From contig PWYU01000077.1 in assembly GCA_003567725.1 (NCBI GenBank), forward strand, positions 1 to 64,000: a stretch of DNA of 64,000 nucleotides, written 5' to 3'. Below, in pieces: positions 29,035 to 39,489 of the stretch. The first letter of the stretch is position 1; each line of letters opens with the position of its first letter. The notes below the pieces were generated by a model, which had not been told where the DNA came from, did not search any database, and saw nothing but the letters and a program-made list of their open reading frames with translations. Both the position numbers and the translations under genes were made by a program. Origin of the DNA: Syntrophomonadaceae bacterium. Lineage in GTDB: Bacteria > Bacillota > Dethiobacteria > DTU022.

Positions 29035-29068
29035 AGAGTGCAGGGCTTTATTAAAAGCCCTGCACTCT
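29035..29068. terminator. Perfect 15-bp hairpin between the TAXI receptor and permease genes (putative intra-operon attenuator)
   Basis: agagtgcagggcttt-atta-aaagccctgcactct, 15 bp with no mismatches. It lies 17 nt after the receptor stop and 16 nt before the permease start. Confidence 0.6.
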
Positions 29069-29085
29069 GAGTAATAATGGTTGCT

Positions 29086-30087
29086 TTATTCAACCAGTCC
29101 CTGCTCCTGGTAATATTTTTCTGCACCAGGATGAAGCTCAATAGGCATTCCCTCAAGAGCAGTATCCAAAGTGATCAGGGTTCCCCTTTCGTGGGCACCA
29201 TGAATAGTATCTATATTTTCAAAAAGCATGCTGGTAAATTCATAAGCCAGATCTTCGGAAAGATCTGCATGCCCTACCACCATGGCCAGCACGGCTACAG
29301 TGGTAGCTTCCGGAACTCCGCTGTAGGTTTCGGCCGGGATTACTTCTTTGGAATAATAAGGATAGGTCTCGAGCAACCAGTCGATTTTATCATCTTCTAT
29401 GTCAACCATTATTACATCTTTTACAATGGCTACTTCTTCGATAGCGGCAGCACCCAGTCCCGTAGTAAAGAAAGCGGCATCAATACGATCGTCACGTAAA
29501 AAGTCAGCCGCTTCACTGGCGGTTAAACGCTCAACAGAACCAAGGTCATCAAAAGTCAGGTCGTAGGCTTCCAGGATCTGCACGGCATTGGCTTCAGTTC
29601 CGCTGCCTAGGGGGCCTACAGCAACAGCTTTGCCAGCCAGATCTCCGGCGTTTTCAATGCCGGAATCGGCGCTGGCTACAATCTGGCAGTGCTCGGGGTA
29701 AAGGGTAAAGAAGCCCCTCATTTCCGGAACCCCTTCGTCTTCAAACATTTGAACACCGTTGTAAGCATAATAGGCAATGTCGTTCTGAAGTATAGCGAGC
29801 TCGGCATCTTTTGTGCCGATCAGGCGGGCATTGGCTACTGATGCGCCGGAAGATTCAGCAGTTAAACTAATATTATCCATATTCTCATAAGCAACACGGG
29901 ACATGGCCCCGGAAACAGGATAATAAACACCGGCAACCCAACCTGAAGCGATAGTCCAGCGCACCGGGCCATCAACTTCTTCTTCCGGCTCAGGGCCTGC
30001 AGCCTCTTCCTCACAACCAACAACCATTACTAAAGTTACCATAAAAATCAAAACAAGCACCAAACTTAAAACTTTTCTAAAGTCCAT
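29086..30087 (-). CDS. TAXI-family TRAP transporter solute-binding receptor (lipoprotein-like signal peptide)
   Basis: 333 aa. The N-terminus MDFRKVLSLVLVLIFMVTLVMVVGC has a lipobox-like Cys. A TAXI/Imp periplasmic-binding fold region follows (…WTIASGWVAGVYYPVSGAMSRV…LQNDIAYYAYNG…). Confidence 0.8.
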   Translation of the reverse strand: MDFRKVLSLVLVLIFMVTLVMVVGCEEEAAGPEPEEEVDGPVRWTIASGWVAGVYYPVSGAMSRVAYENMDNISLTAESSGASVANARLIGTKDAELAILQNDIAYYAYNGVQMFEDEGVPEMRGFFTLYPEHCQIVASADSGIENAGDLAGKAVAVGPLGSGTEANAVQILEAYDLTFDDLGSVERLTASEAADFLRDDRIDAAFFTTGLGAAAIEEVAIVKDVIMVDIEDDKIDWLLETYPYYSKEVIPAETYSGVPEATTVAVLAMVVGHADLSEDLAYEFTSMLFENIDTIHGAHERGTLITLDTALEGMPIELHPGAEKYYQEQGLVE

Positions 30088-30418
30088 TATTAATTTTTAA
30101 CCTCCTCAAATTTAGTTCTTTTTGTGAATCCGGTACCCGATCAAGTTTATTGCATCACCCCCTGTTTAATAATCTTTCTATTCTGCTGAGTGAAAATCTT
30201 TTTGGATTCTATAAGCTTATACATCTACTTGAAACTTATTTAATTTTCTATGAACACATTTTTTATCCTGCAAATAAAATGTTAAATTATCTTAAAATGT
30301 CAGGAATAGTAAAGCTGAAATTCATAACTCTCCAGCAATCTATGAAAGCTGCTTAGTAAAGAAAAGAAGAATCCTAAATATAAATATTTCTGCACTATAT
30401 CTCAGTAAAGAGCATTAT

Positions 30419-31765
30419 TTAATTGATTTTCTCTCCGACCTTATCAAGAGTAAGGCTTAGGAGCTGAACTAACAAGTCCATTTCTTCTTCATTTATGGTA
30501 AATGGGGGGGCGATCAGCAAATAGTCCCTGGGTGTTACATCTGCTGTCCTACCAACGCCGGTATAGAGCATTAAGCCATGATCCAGATCATTCATGGCAA
30601 TTTCTCGGGCTTTCTCAGCAATATTTTTTGCTGCCGGGAATGATTCTTTCGAGGCTTTATCTTTTACCAGCTCTAAACCTAAGAGTAAGCCAAGCCCTCG
30701 AACATCACCTACGATTGCATTTTTTTCAGCAATCTGGTGCAGCTTTTCTTTTAGATAGCGTCCTTTACTTTCGACCCGTTGGAACAGATTATGGTCTTTT
30801 AAGTAGCGGTTAACAGCCACGCCTGCGGCGCAACTAACAGGATTTCCTTGATAAGTGTAACCATGGATGAATTTACGGGCATTGCGATTGAAGGTATCAT
30901 ATACTTTATCTGTCATTAACACAGCAGCGAGCGGAGTATATCCACCACCAAGGCCTTTGCCAAGCGTGACCAGATCAGCACTGGCGTCAAAATGATCCAA
31001 AGCCAGGTAACGCCCGCTGCGACCATAACCACAGATCACTTCATCGGTAATCATCAGCACATCATAACGATTGCATATTTCGCGGACTATGGAAAAATAT
31101 TCTTTAGGAGGAACGCTTGCTGCAGCAGAAGTGCCGATAATTGGCTCAAGTATAAATGCAGCTACGTTTTCCGGACCTTCTGAAAGAATGGTATTCTCTA
31201 ATTCATAGGCGCAGCTTACTCCACATTCAGGATAAGTAGCATTGCAGTAACAACGATAACAGTGCGGAGCAGGCACTAGGGGGAAAGGCATTACCAGAGG
31301 CGAGTACATTCGGCGTCTCTGGATATTGCCGGCAGCAGATAGCGTCGCAAATGAACTGCCGTGATAACTAAGGCGCCTGCCAATAATTTTCCATTTAGAG
31401 GGATTATTGTTTTGGCGGTGATATTGAAGAGCTATACTAAAAGCAGTTTCATTGGCTTCTGTACCGCCTGAAACAAAGTAAACATAATCCATTCCACCAG
31501 GAGCATCTTCTGTTATTAGACGTGCTAATTCTTCCTGCGGTTTACTTGTAAATACAGAGCCATGTGAAAAACCGGTTTGCCGGGCTTCCTGGTATAATGC
31601 TTCAGCAACCGATTCTACACCGTATCCGATATTGGTTACGACACAACCTGAAGCGCCATCTAAATATTTTCTCCCCTGGTTATCCCAAACATAAACACCC
31701 GTTCCTTTCTCTATGACAGGATATTTTGTTTCTAAAGAACGATAAAAAACATTTGATTCTGCCAA
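30419..31765 (-). CDS. Class-III (omega) PLP aminotransferase with a Cys-rich insertion
   Basis: 448 aa with class-III AT motifs (…FVSGGTEANETA…, …DEVICGYGRSGRY…, TLGKGLGGGY, PLP-Lys region). An unusual five-Cys segment reads HCYRCYCNATYPECGVSC. Confidence 0.85.
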   Translation of the reverse strand: MAESNVFYRSLETKYPVIEKGTGVYVWDNQGRKYLDGASGCVVTNIGYGVESVAEALYQEARQTGFSHGSVFTSKPQEELARLITEDAPGGMDYVYFVSGGTEANETAFSIALQYHRQNNNPSKWKIIGRRLSYHGSSFATLSAAGNIQRRRMYSPLVMPFPLVPAPHCYRCYCNATYPECGVSCAYELENTILSEGPENVAAFILEPIIGTSAAASVPPKEYFSIVREICNRYDVLMITDEVICGYGRSGRYLALDHFDASADLVTLGKGLGGGYTPLAAVLMTDKVYDTFNRNARKFIHGYTYQGNPVSCAAGVAVNRYLKDHNLFQRVESKGRYLKEKLHQIAEKNAIVGDVRGLGLLLGLELVKDKASKESFPAAKNIAEKAREIAMNDLDHGLMLYTGVGRTADVTPRDYLLIAPPFTINEEEMDLLVQLLSLTLDKVGEKIN

Positions 31766-31865
31766 GTTCTGCTCACCTCGTTATCCTATAATTTAATATC
31801 CAATCAATGCCTGAATGAATAGCAAAACCAGCTAAGCCTTAAATTTTACTTAACAAAAAGAGTTT

Positions 31866-33782
<1,917 letters not shown>

Positions 33783-33872
33783 TCACCTCTTGTCTTTAGC
33801 TTAAAAATATTTAACCACTTAAACTATTATATCATTTTTTACCCTTAACTGTAGAAATTCAAAGCTAGCTTT

Positions 33873-34112
33873 TCATGCAGAAGAATTATGCCGCCTGGAA
33901 AGGGTAAGGGGAGATATTGGGGAAATATAAACTTCTTTATCGGTTACAACAAAAGATTTTGAGTGATCATTGCCAAAAACTTTATATAAAGCATCATCAG
34001 ACGCAATATCAAGAAGCTGCGCATTATTTTTTCTGGCCGGAGGAGTTATGTTAAAGATACCTATTAAGTCACTACAAAAAATTATCTTTGAATTGCCTAT
34101 GTGAATAAACAT
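33873..34112 (-). CDS. remB: DUF370 / RemB (YaaB)-like small protein
   Basis: 79 aa beginning MFIHIGNSKIIFCSDLIGIFN…KSFVVTDKEVYIS. This is the conserved position between recF and gyrB seen in Bacillus (yaaB). Confidence 0.6.
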   Translation of the reverse strand: MFIHIGNSKIIFCSDLIGIFNITPPARKNNAQLLDIASDDALYKVFGNDHSKSFVVTDKEVYISPISPLTLSRRHNSSA

Positions 34113-34221
34113 ATCAGCTCTCCTTGTACTGAATTCATATTGATTAATAACTGCTATGTTAATGATCTAATCTTTAAATTTTAACTTACTTTACTTTGTT
34201 ATTATTTAAATAAAGATATTC

Positions 34222-34524
34222 TTATTCCTTCTTTTCAAAATCACCAATTTTAAAATAAATATCATTTACCACCTTGCTGCCCACATGATTATTTAATTTT
34301 TTTATTAATTGTGGTTTCAGCAACGAAAGATGGTAAGACCACACGGAGTCTTTAACCAAAACTTGCAACAGGCCGTTTGATATTTTCACCGCCTTAGTAA
34401 CTGTGGATAACTCCGATCCTACTATTTCAGGCCACTTTTCAATAATCAGATACTGCTGATAACCAGACCAAAGATTATTACGACGGAGAATACTCTCAAT
34501 CACCGGTCCCAACCGTTTCATCAA
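34222..34524 (-). CDS. DUF721 (DciA-like) protein
   Basis: 100 aa. The W-x-x-IVG…L…G-L-V-V-x-S-x-W…EL pattern (…EKWPEIVGSELSTVTKAVKISNGLLQVLVKDSVWSYHLSLLKPQL…) is typical of DUF721. It sits between recF and gyrB as in many non-Firmicute bacteria. Confidence 0.6.
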   Translation of the reverse strand: MMKRLGPVIESILRRNNLWSGYQQYLIIEKWPEIVGSELSTVTKAVKISNGLLQVLVKDSVWSYHLSLLKPQLIKKLNNHVGSKVVNDIYFKIGDFEKKE

Positions 34525-35650
34525 TAATACTCCCCTGCTTAATAATTATTTTCTTATAGCTTTTATTAAGATAGTTCACCATAGTATCCAAGTCAACCGC
34601 GGAAGTCAAAAAACATTGCCCTGAATAATTTCTTAAAAAACTCAGCAGGTGTTGTTTCCTATCAGCATCAAATTCAGAAAAAACATCGTCTAACAATAAA
34701 ATGGGGGGTATAGAATTTTGCTTCATATAGAGACCAACTTCCCCCATTCTCAAAGCAAGAGCTGCTGTTCTTTTTTGCCCTTGCGAGGCAAAAACCCTGG
34801 TACTATTACCATTTATCTTTATATTCAAATCATCCAGGTGCGGGCCGAGGAGGGTTGAATAGCGTTTTAATTCTTGCTCGCGATTATTCAGCAAATCATT
34901 ATAAAACTGTTCTTCCATTTCCTCAGGTTCATCAAAATAACGGATTGTGCTTTCATATTCAAGAGAAAGCTCTTCTTCTGTATCACTTAATTGATTAAAA
35001 ATTACCTTTGCTTCCTTTTGAAGGGCTTTGATCATTTCAACCCGCGAACGGATAAGCTTTACTCCAAGATTAGTAAGTGAACGATCCCAGGGGGATAGAT
35101 AATCATTGATTTTGTTTATATTACTTTTTTGCTTTAACACTTTATTGCGCTGATTAAGGACTCTCTGATAATCCCTAAGATCTTTTAAATATGTAATATC
35201 TAAGCGGGAAGCTTCCAGGTTTAAAAACCGTCTGCGAATAGAAGGACCCTCACTAACTATTTTTAGATCCTCGGGACTAAAGACAATGGTAGGAAAAGCA
35301 GGCATACAGTCATAGCGATTAACTTGATCATTGTTTGCTTTAATGGACAAGCGAGAATTATGACGATAGTTGATTTGAATTGCATGTTTAAAGCAGTCCT
35401 TAATATAATTCCCTTTTAAAGAAAAACCATCACCCTTAAAATTAACCAACTCTTGTTCTTTTCTGGTCCTAAAAGATCGATTAACTGATATAAAAAAAAT
35501 AGATTCCAATAAATTTGTTTTACCCTGAGCATTTGCTCCACAAATAATGTTCAGCTTGGGGTTAAAAGAAAATAATTGACTGCCATAATTACGGAAACCC
35601 TCCATGGACAAATGATCGAGATAAAACAAACAATTCCCTCCAAAAATCAA
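34496..35650 (-). CDS. recF: DNA replication/repair protein RecF
   Basis: 384 aa. Walker A is GANAQGKTN. It has the …FRNY… N-terminus and an SMC-like signature. The start overlaps the dnaN stop (ATGA). Confidence 0.9.
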   Translation of the reverse strand: MIFGGNCLFYLDHLSMEGFRNYGSQLFSFNPKLNIICGANAQGKTNLLESIFFISVNRSFRTRKEQELVNFKGDGFSLKGNYIKDCFKHAIQINYRHNSRLSIKANNDQVNRYDCMPAFPTIVFSPEDLKIVSEGPSIRRRFLNLEASRLDITYLKDLRDYQRVLNQRNKVLKQKSNINKINDYLSPWDRSLTNLGVKLIRSRVEMIKALQKEAKVIFNQLSDTEEELSLEYESTIRYFDEPEEMEEQFYNDLLNNREQELKRYSTLLGPHLDDLNIKINGNSTRVFASQGQKRTAALALRMGEVGLYMKQNSIPPILLLDDVFSEFDADRKQHLLSFLRNYSGQCFLTSAVDLDTMVNYLNKSYKKIIIKQGSIIDETVGTGD

Positions 35651-36765
35651 TTAATTCTTTTTATTGGTAAGACTAAATAAAGATAGCTCTGATCATCAAC
35701 TAACTTGAATATTATAGGCCCGTCATTTCCATGAAAATCAATGATCATTTCCTTTTCATCAAGCACCCTTAATATGTCCAAAATAAATCTAGTGTTTACA
35801 TGCAAATTAATATCTTCTCCATCCTGTTCAACGGGCATTATTTCCTCCATGTTTCCTTCCTGGCCGGTAACCCTTGCTTCTAGTTGATTACTTTTTAAAA
35901 TCAGGTTAACAGCCTGATTTTTCCCTTCAGCTAATAAAGCAGCCCGGCTTATAACTTCTTCAAGTTTTTTTCGACTAATTATTATTCTTGTTTTATAAGA
36001 ACCGGGAATAACTCCCCTCACATCTGGATATTTTTCTTCAAGCAACCTGGAGGATAGGGTTATTCCATTAAAATTAAAGCCTATAGTTTTATTGTCAAAT
36101 CCCAGAAAAAGCTTTTCGTTACCTCCTTCTATTATTCGTAAAAATTCTCTCAAAACTCGAGCAGGAACAAGGCATTTGTGATTATCAAAAGACCAGTCAT
36201 TATCACTAATCTCCTTAATAACCAGGCGGTAAGTATCTGAAGCGGTAATTATAATTTTATGCTCTTCAAAAGAAAAAAGGACTCCATTAAAAGCCGGCCT
36301 GGTTTCTTCTGCTGAAGCTGCAAAAATAACCGCCTTTAGTATTTTCTTAAACAGCTCTTGTTCAATACTAAAACTGCTCTCATAATTTGATTGAAAAAGA
36401 TTCGGTGCCGGATAATCCTGAGCATCAGCACCATTAAGATTAAAAAGAGCTGAGCCGCCGGATATATTAATGCCGTAATTATCCCAATTTATGGATATCT
36501 TTGCTTCCGGAACCGGAAAATAGCGCAGAATATCAACTATTTTGGGAGGCAGCAAAATTTTACCTGTTCCTGGATCATTTTTCTCCATACTTACTGTAAT
36601 AGCCATTTCCAGATTAGTCGCTAAGAATGTCAGTTTCTCTTCAGTAATATCAAGCATAATACTATTGATTACCGGTACAGTTGAACGAACAGGTAAGGCT
36701 TTTTCCGTGATTTCCAAGCAATTGTAAATTTGTCCTGAATTAACATTAAACTCCATATCATACAA
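35647..36765 (-). CDS. dnaN: DNA polymerase III beta sliding clamp
   Basis: 372 aa with three-domain clamp architecture, immediately downstream of dnaA. Confidence 0.9.
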   Translation of the reverse strand: MYDMEFNVNSGQIYNCLEITEKALPVRSTVPVINSIMLDITEEKLTFLATNLEMAITVSMEKNDPGTGKILLPPKIVDILRYFPVPEAKISINWDNYGINISGGSALFNLNGADAQDYPAPNLFQSNYESSFSIEQELFKKILKAVIFAASAEETRPAFNGVLFSFEEHKIIITASDTYRLVIKEISDNDWSFDNHKCLVPARVLREFLRIIEGGNEKLFLGFDNKTIGFNFNGITLSSRLLEEKYPDVRGVIPGSYKTRIIISRKKLEEVISRAALLAEGKNQAVNLILKSNQLEARVTGQEGNMEEIMPVEQDGEDINLHVNTRFILDILRVLDEKEMIIDFHGNDGPIIFKLVDDQSYLYLVLPIKRIN

Positions 36766-37024
36766 GCCTCCACTCCGTTATACACATTTTTATCTACCTG
36801 ATTAATAATATATTAGATATAAAAAAAGATAGTAATAACAGTAATAGCTGTGCAATCTGTTGATAAGAAAAAATATGTTTAATAAAAGCTTATTAATCAA
36901 CTTAAAATAATTATATCATTAAAATATTAGGTGTGGATAAGGTTATAAAAGATTGTTTAAAAATCGGTATCAGGTGGTGATAAAAAAACCAGGTCTAGAT
37001 AAGCACAGCTTATCTACAATTTAT
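36766..37024. promoter_or_regulatory. oriC segment (dnaA-dnaN intergenic): DnaA boxes plus an AT-rich candidate unwinding element
   Basis: A perfect DnaA box TGTGGATAA (rc of TTATCCACA) is at 36932-36940 and a near-box TTATACACA at about 36778. The surrounding sequence is very AT-rich. Confidence 0.5.
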
Positions 37025-38446
37025 TCAGGAATTATTCAGGATATTATTTTTAATAAGCTCGATTCGATGTTTAAAATCATTGTCGTTAGAAATCATTTGT
37101 TCAATTTTTTTAAAAGCATGAAGTACAGTAGTATGGTCTCTGCCGCCAAACTCTTCTCCAATTTTTGGTAAAGACAAATCGGTCAGCATGCGGCACAAAT
37201 ACATAGCAACTTGTCTGGTCAAAGCAATATCTTGAGTTCTTTTTTTTGACTTAATTTCTTCCGGTTTAATATTAAAAGCTTCTGCGGTTACCTCTGTCAC
37301 ATAATTAATAGTAATATTTTTCTGGCGGGAAAAAATGATATCTTGTAAAGCTGCTTCAGTAAGATCCAGGGTAATAGGTGATTCAGATAAAGATGCGTAA
37401 GCGACAATCCTAATTAAAGCCCCTTCTAACTCTCTAATATTTGTAACAATTTTTTCAGCTATATATTGAATAACCTGATCGGGTATATCAATACCATCAG
37501 AAAGAGATTTTTTCTTAAGGATAGCTGTTCTGGTTTCCAGATCGGGAGGTTGCAGATCGGTAATTAAGCCCCATTCAAATCTGGAACGCAAGCGGTCTTC
37601 AAGGGTGGGTATCTCTTTAGGGGGGCGATCACTTGAAATAATTAGTTGCCGGTTGTTGTCATGAAGGGCGTTAAAGGTGTGGAAAAATTCTTCCTGGGTT
37701 TGTTCCTTACCTGCTAGAAATTGGACATCGTCAATTAAAAGAATATCCATATTTCTATATTTATTCCTAAAATCAAGAGTTTTGTTGTCTCGGATAGCAT
37801 TGATAAATTCATTGGTAAACTTTTCAGAGGAAAAGTAAAACACTCGGGAAAAGCCGTGTTTAATTAAAGTATACTGACCAATGGCGTGTAAAAGGTGGGT
37901 TTTACCAAGGCCTACACCACCATAAATAAAAAGAGGGTTATAAGCTCTTGCCGGGCTTTCTGCAACTGCCTGTGAAGCGGCATGAGAAAGACGGTTACAG
38001 GAGCCGACAACAAAAGTGTCAAAGGTATAACGGGGGTTGAAGCTGGAAATATGCTTGTTTTTGATGTGATCTTCTTCAGGAAGATTTTCATACTGTTCTA
38101 ATGGAGAACCTTGTTTTATAGAAAAAGATAAATTATTTTCATGTGAAAAATTTAAATGATCACTTGTTATATCAATCTGACTTTTATCTTCCAACTCAGA
38201 GGCAATAACAAATGTAACAGTATAATTATCGTTAGTTACTATTTTCAAAGCTTTAATAATTTGATCTCTGTATCGCGTTTCAAACCACTCTTTAGTAAAA
38301 TCGTTTGGAACTTCAATAATAAGGCAATTGTTGTCAATTGATACAGGCTTTGTCAGGTTAAACCAGGTTTCAAAACTGGGTTTATTTAAATCTTTGCTCA
38401 ATTCGGAAAGGATTAATTGCCAGGTTTCATTTAAATAGCTGTTCAC
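37025..38446 (-). CDS. dnaA: Chromosomal replication initiator DnaA
   Basis: 473 aa. The AAA+ Walker A is GGVGLGKTHL. The N-terminal domain I and C-terminal DnaA-box-binding helix-turn-helix are present. Confidence 0.95.
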   Translation of the reverse strand: MNSYLNETWQLILSELSKDLNKPSFETWFNLTKPVSIDNNCLIIEVPNDFTKEWFETRYRDQIIKALKIVTNDNYTVTFVIASELEDKSQIDITSDHLNFSHENNLSFSIKQGSPLEQYENLPEEDHIKNKHISSFNPRYTFDTFVVGSCNRLSHAASQAVAESPARAYNPLFIYGGVGLGKTHLLHAIGQYTLIKHGFSRVFYFSSEKFTNEFINAIRDNKTLDFRNKYRNMDILLIDDVQFLAGKEQTQEEFFHTFNALHDNNRQLIISSDRPPKEIPTLEDRLRSRFEWGLITDLQPPDLETRTAILKKKSLSDGIDIPDQVIQYIAEKIVTNIRELEGALIRIVAYASLSESPITLDLTEAALQDIIFSRQKNITINYVTEVTAEAFNIKPEEIKSKKRTQDIALTRQVAMYLCRMLTDLSLPKIGEEFGGRDHTTVLHAFKKIEQMISNDNDFKHRIELIKNNILNNS

Positions 38447-38687
38447 AGAAAAACCTCCTAAGTAATCGAAAGAACAAAAAGTTATTCACAAAATAATAGG
38501 TTGTTAACAAAAGCTGTGGATAAACATATATTCGCAAAGATAAATAGCATTGATTTAAGGTCATATTAACAGATATCCACAGCAACTGCAAAGGTGATAT
38601 CCTGCTCATAAATTAAGATATTAACACTAATATTAGGGCAAATCTTTAAAAAAGGCCTAGCCTGGTTAATAAAAGACAGATGTTACC
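38447..38687. promoter_or_regulatory. oriC segment upstream of dnaA: DnaA-box cluster
   Basis: Boxes are TTATTCACA (38482-38490), TGTGGATAA (38515-38523, a perfect reverse box) and ATATCCACA (38573-38581). Confidence 0.6.
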
Positions 38688-38717
38688 TTGACACTAACGC
38701 TTTAATTACTGTATAAT
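38688..38717 (+). promoter_or_regulatory. Sigma-A promoter for rpmH-rnpA-yidD-yidC-jag
   Basis: TTGACA (38688-38693), an 18-nt spacer, TATAAT (38712-38717), 40 nt before rpmH. Confidence 0.6.
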
Positions 38718-38756
38718 TTCCTTTGATTTAGTATTAAATAAGAAAGGATTATAGCA

Positions 38757-38891
38757 ATGAAAAGAACATATCAGCCAAAAAAGAAAAAAAGAAAGCGGGT
38801 ACATGGATTTTTAAAACGAATGAGGACTCAAGCCGGGCGACAAGTAATTAGAAGAAGAAGAAAAAAAATGAGAAAAAAGATAAGCGCTTGA
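38757..38891 (+). CDS. rpmH: 50S ribosomal protein L34
   Basis: 44 aa, [44 protein letters not shown]. It is absent from the ORF track because it is shorter than 60 aa. Confidence 0.85.
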   Translation: MKRTYQPKKKKRKRVHGFLKRMRTQAGRQVIRRRRKKMRKKISA

Positions 38892-39247
38892 AAGGTTTAG
38901 ATCAATCTTTGCGGTTAAAAAAAAATTGGGAATTTAGGCGAGTTTACCGAAAAGGCAGGACGGTGGTATCAAAGAATATCGTCCTTTATTACTGTAATAA
39001 TGGAACAAATTACAACCGCATCGGATTTACGATAAGCAAAAAAGTGGGAAAAAGCGTTACTAGAAACAAAATTAAAAGAATATACAGAGAAGCTTTTTAT
39101 AAAATCGAAGATAATTTAAAAAAAGGTTTTGATCTGGTTTTGATTGCAAGAAAACCGGCAGTAGATGTTAATTTTCATGATGCCTGTAAGGAGTTGTTTA
39201 ATCTATGCCGGAAGGGAAGGTTAATAGAAAAGATATATTTAGAATAG
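38888..39247 (+). CDS. rnpA: Ribonuclease P protein component
   Basis: 119 aa with a TTG start overlapping the rpmH stop. It carries the RNR-like basic motif …[20 protein letters not shown]…. Confidence 0.85.
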   Translation: MKGLDQSLRLKKNWEFRRVYRKGRTVVSKNIVLYYCNNGTNYNRIGFTISKKVGKSVTRNKIKRIYREAFYKIEDNLKKGFDLVLIARKPAVDVNFHDACKELFNLCRKGRLIEKIYLE

Positions 39248-39468
39248 CAGAGCGCCCGGCAACATTTATTTGTCTGGCGCTGATCAGGTTTTACAGGTTA
39301 TTTATTTCTCCTATAAAGCCTCGGGTCTGCAGATTCTATCCCTCATGTTCTCAGTACACTTACGAAGCAATATATAAATATGGGTTTTTAAAAGGATTTT
39401 GGATGGGCCTCAAGCGAATTTTAAGTTGTCACCCCTTTAATCCAGGTGGTTATCATCCAGTAGATTAA
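39205..39468 (+). CDS. yidD: Membrane protein insertion efficiency factor YidD
   Basis: 87 aa with …[35 protein letters not shown]…[16 protein letters not shown], the DUF37 signature. Confidence 0.75.
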   Translation: MPEGKVNRKDIFRIAERPATFICLALIRFYRLFISPIKPRVCRFYPSCSQYTYEAIYKYGFLKGFWMGLKRILSCHPFNPGGYHPVD

Positions 39469-39489
39469 AGCAAACAAGGAGGAGAATTA

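Noticed and set aside
30150-30356. 68-aa plus-strand ORF in the TRAP operon upstream region
   Set aside because: It sits inside an AT-rich promoter region, has no RBS, and has a low-complexity composition.
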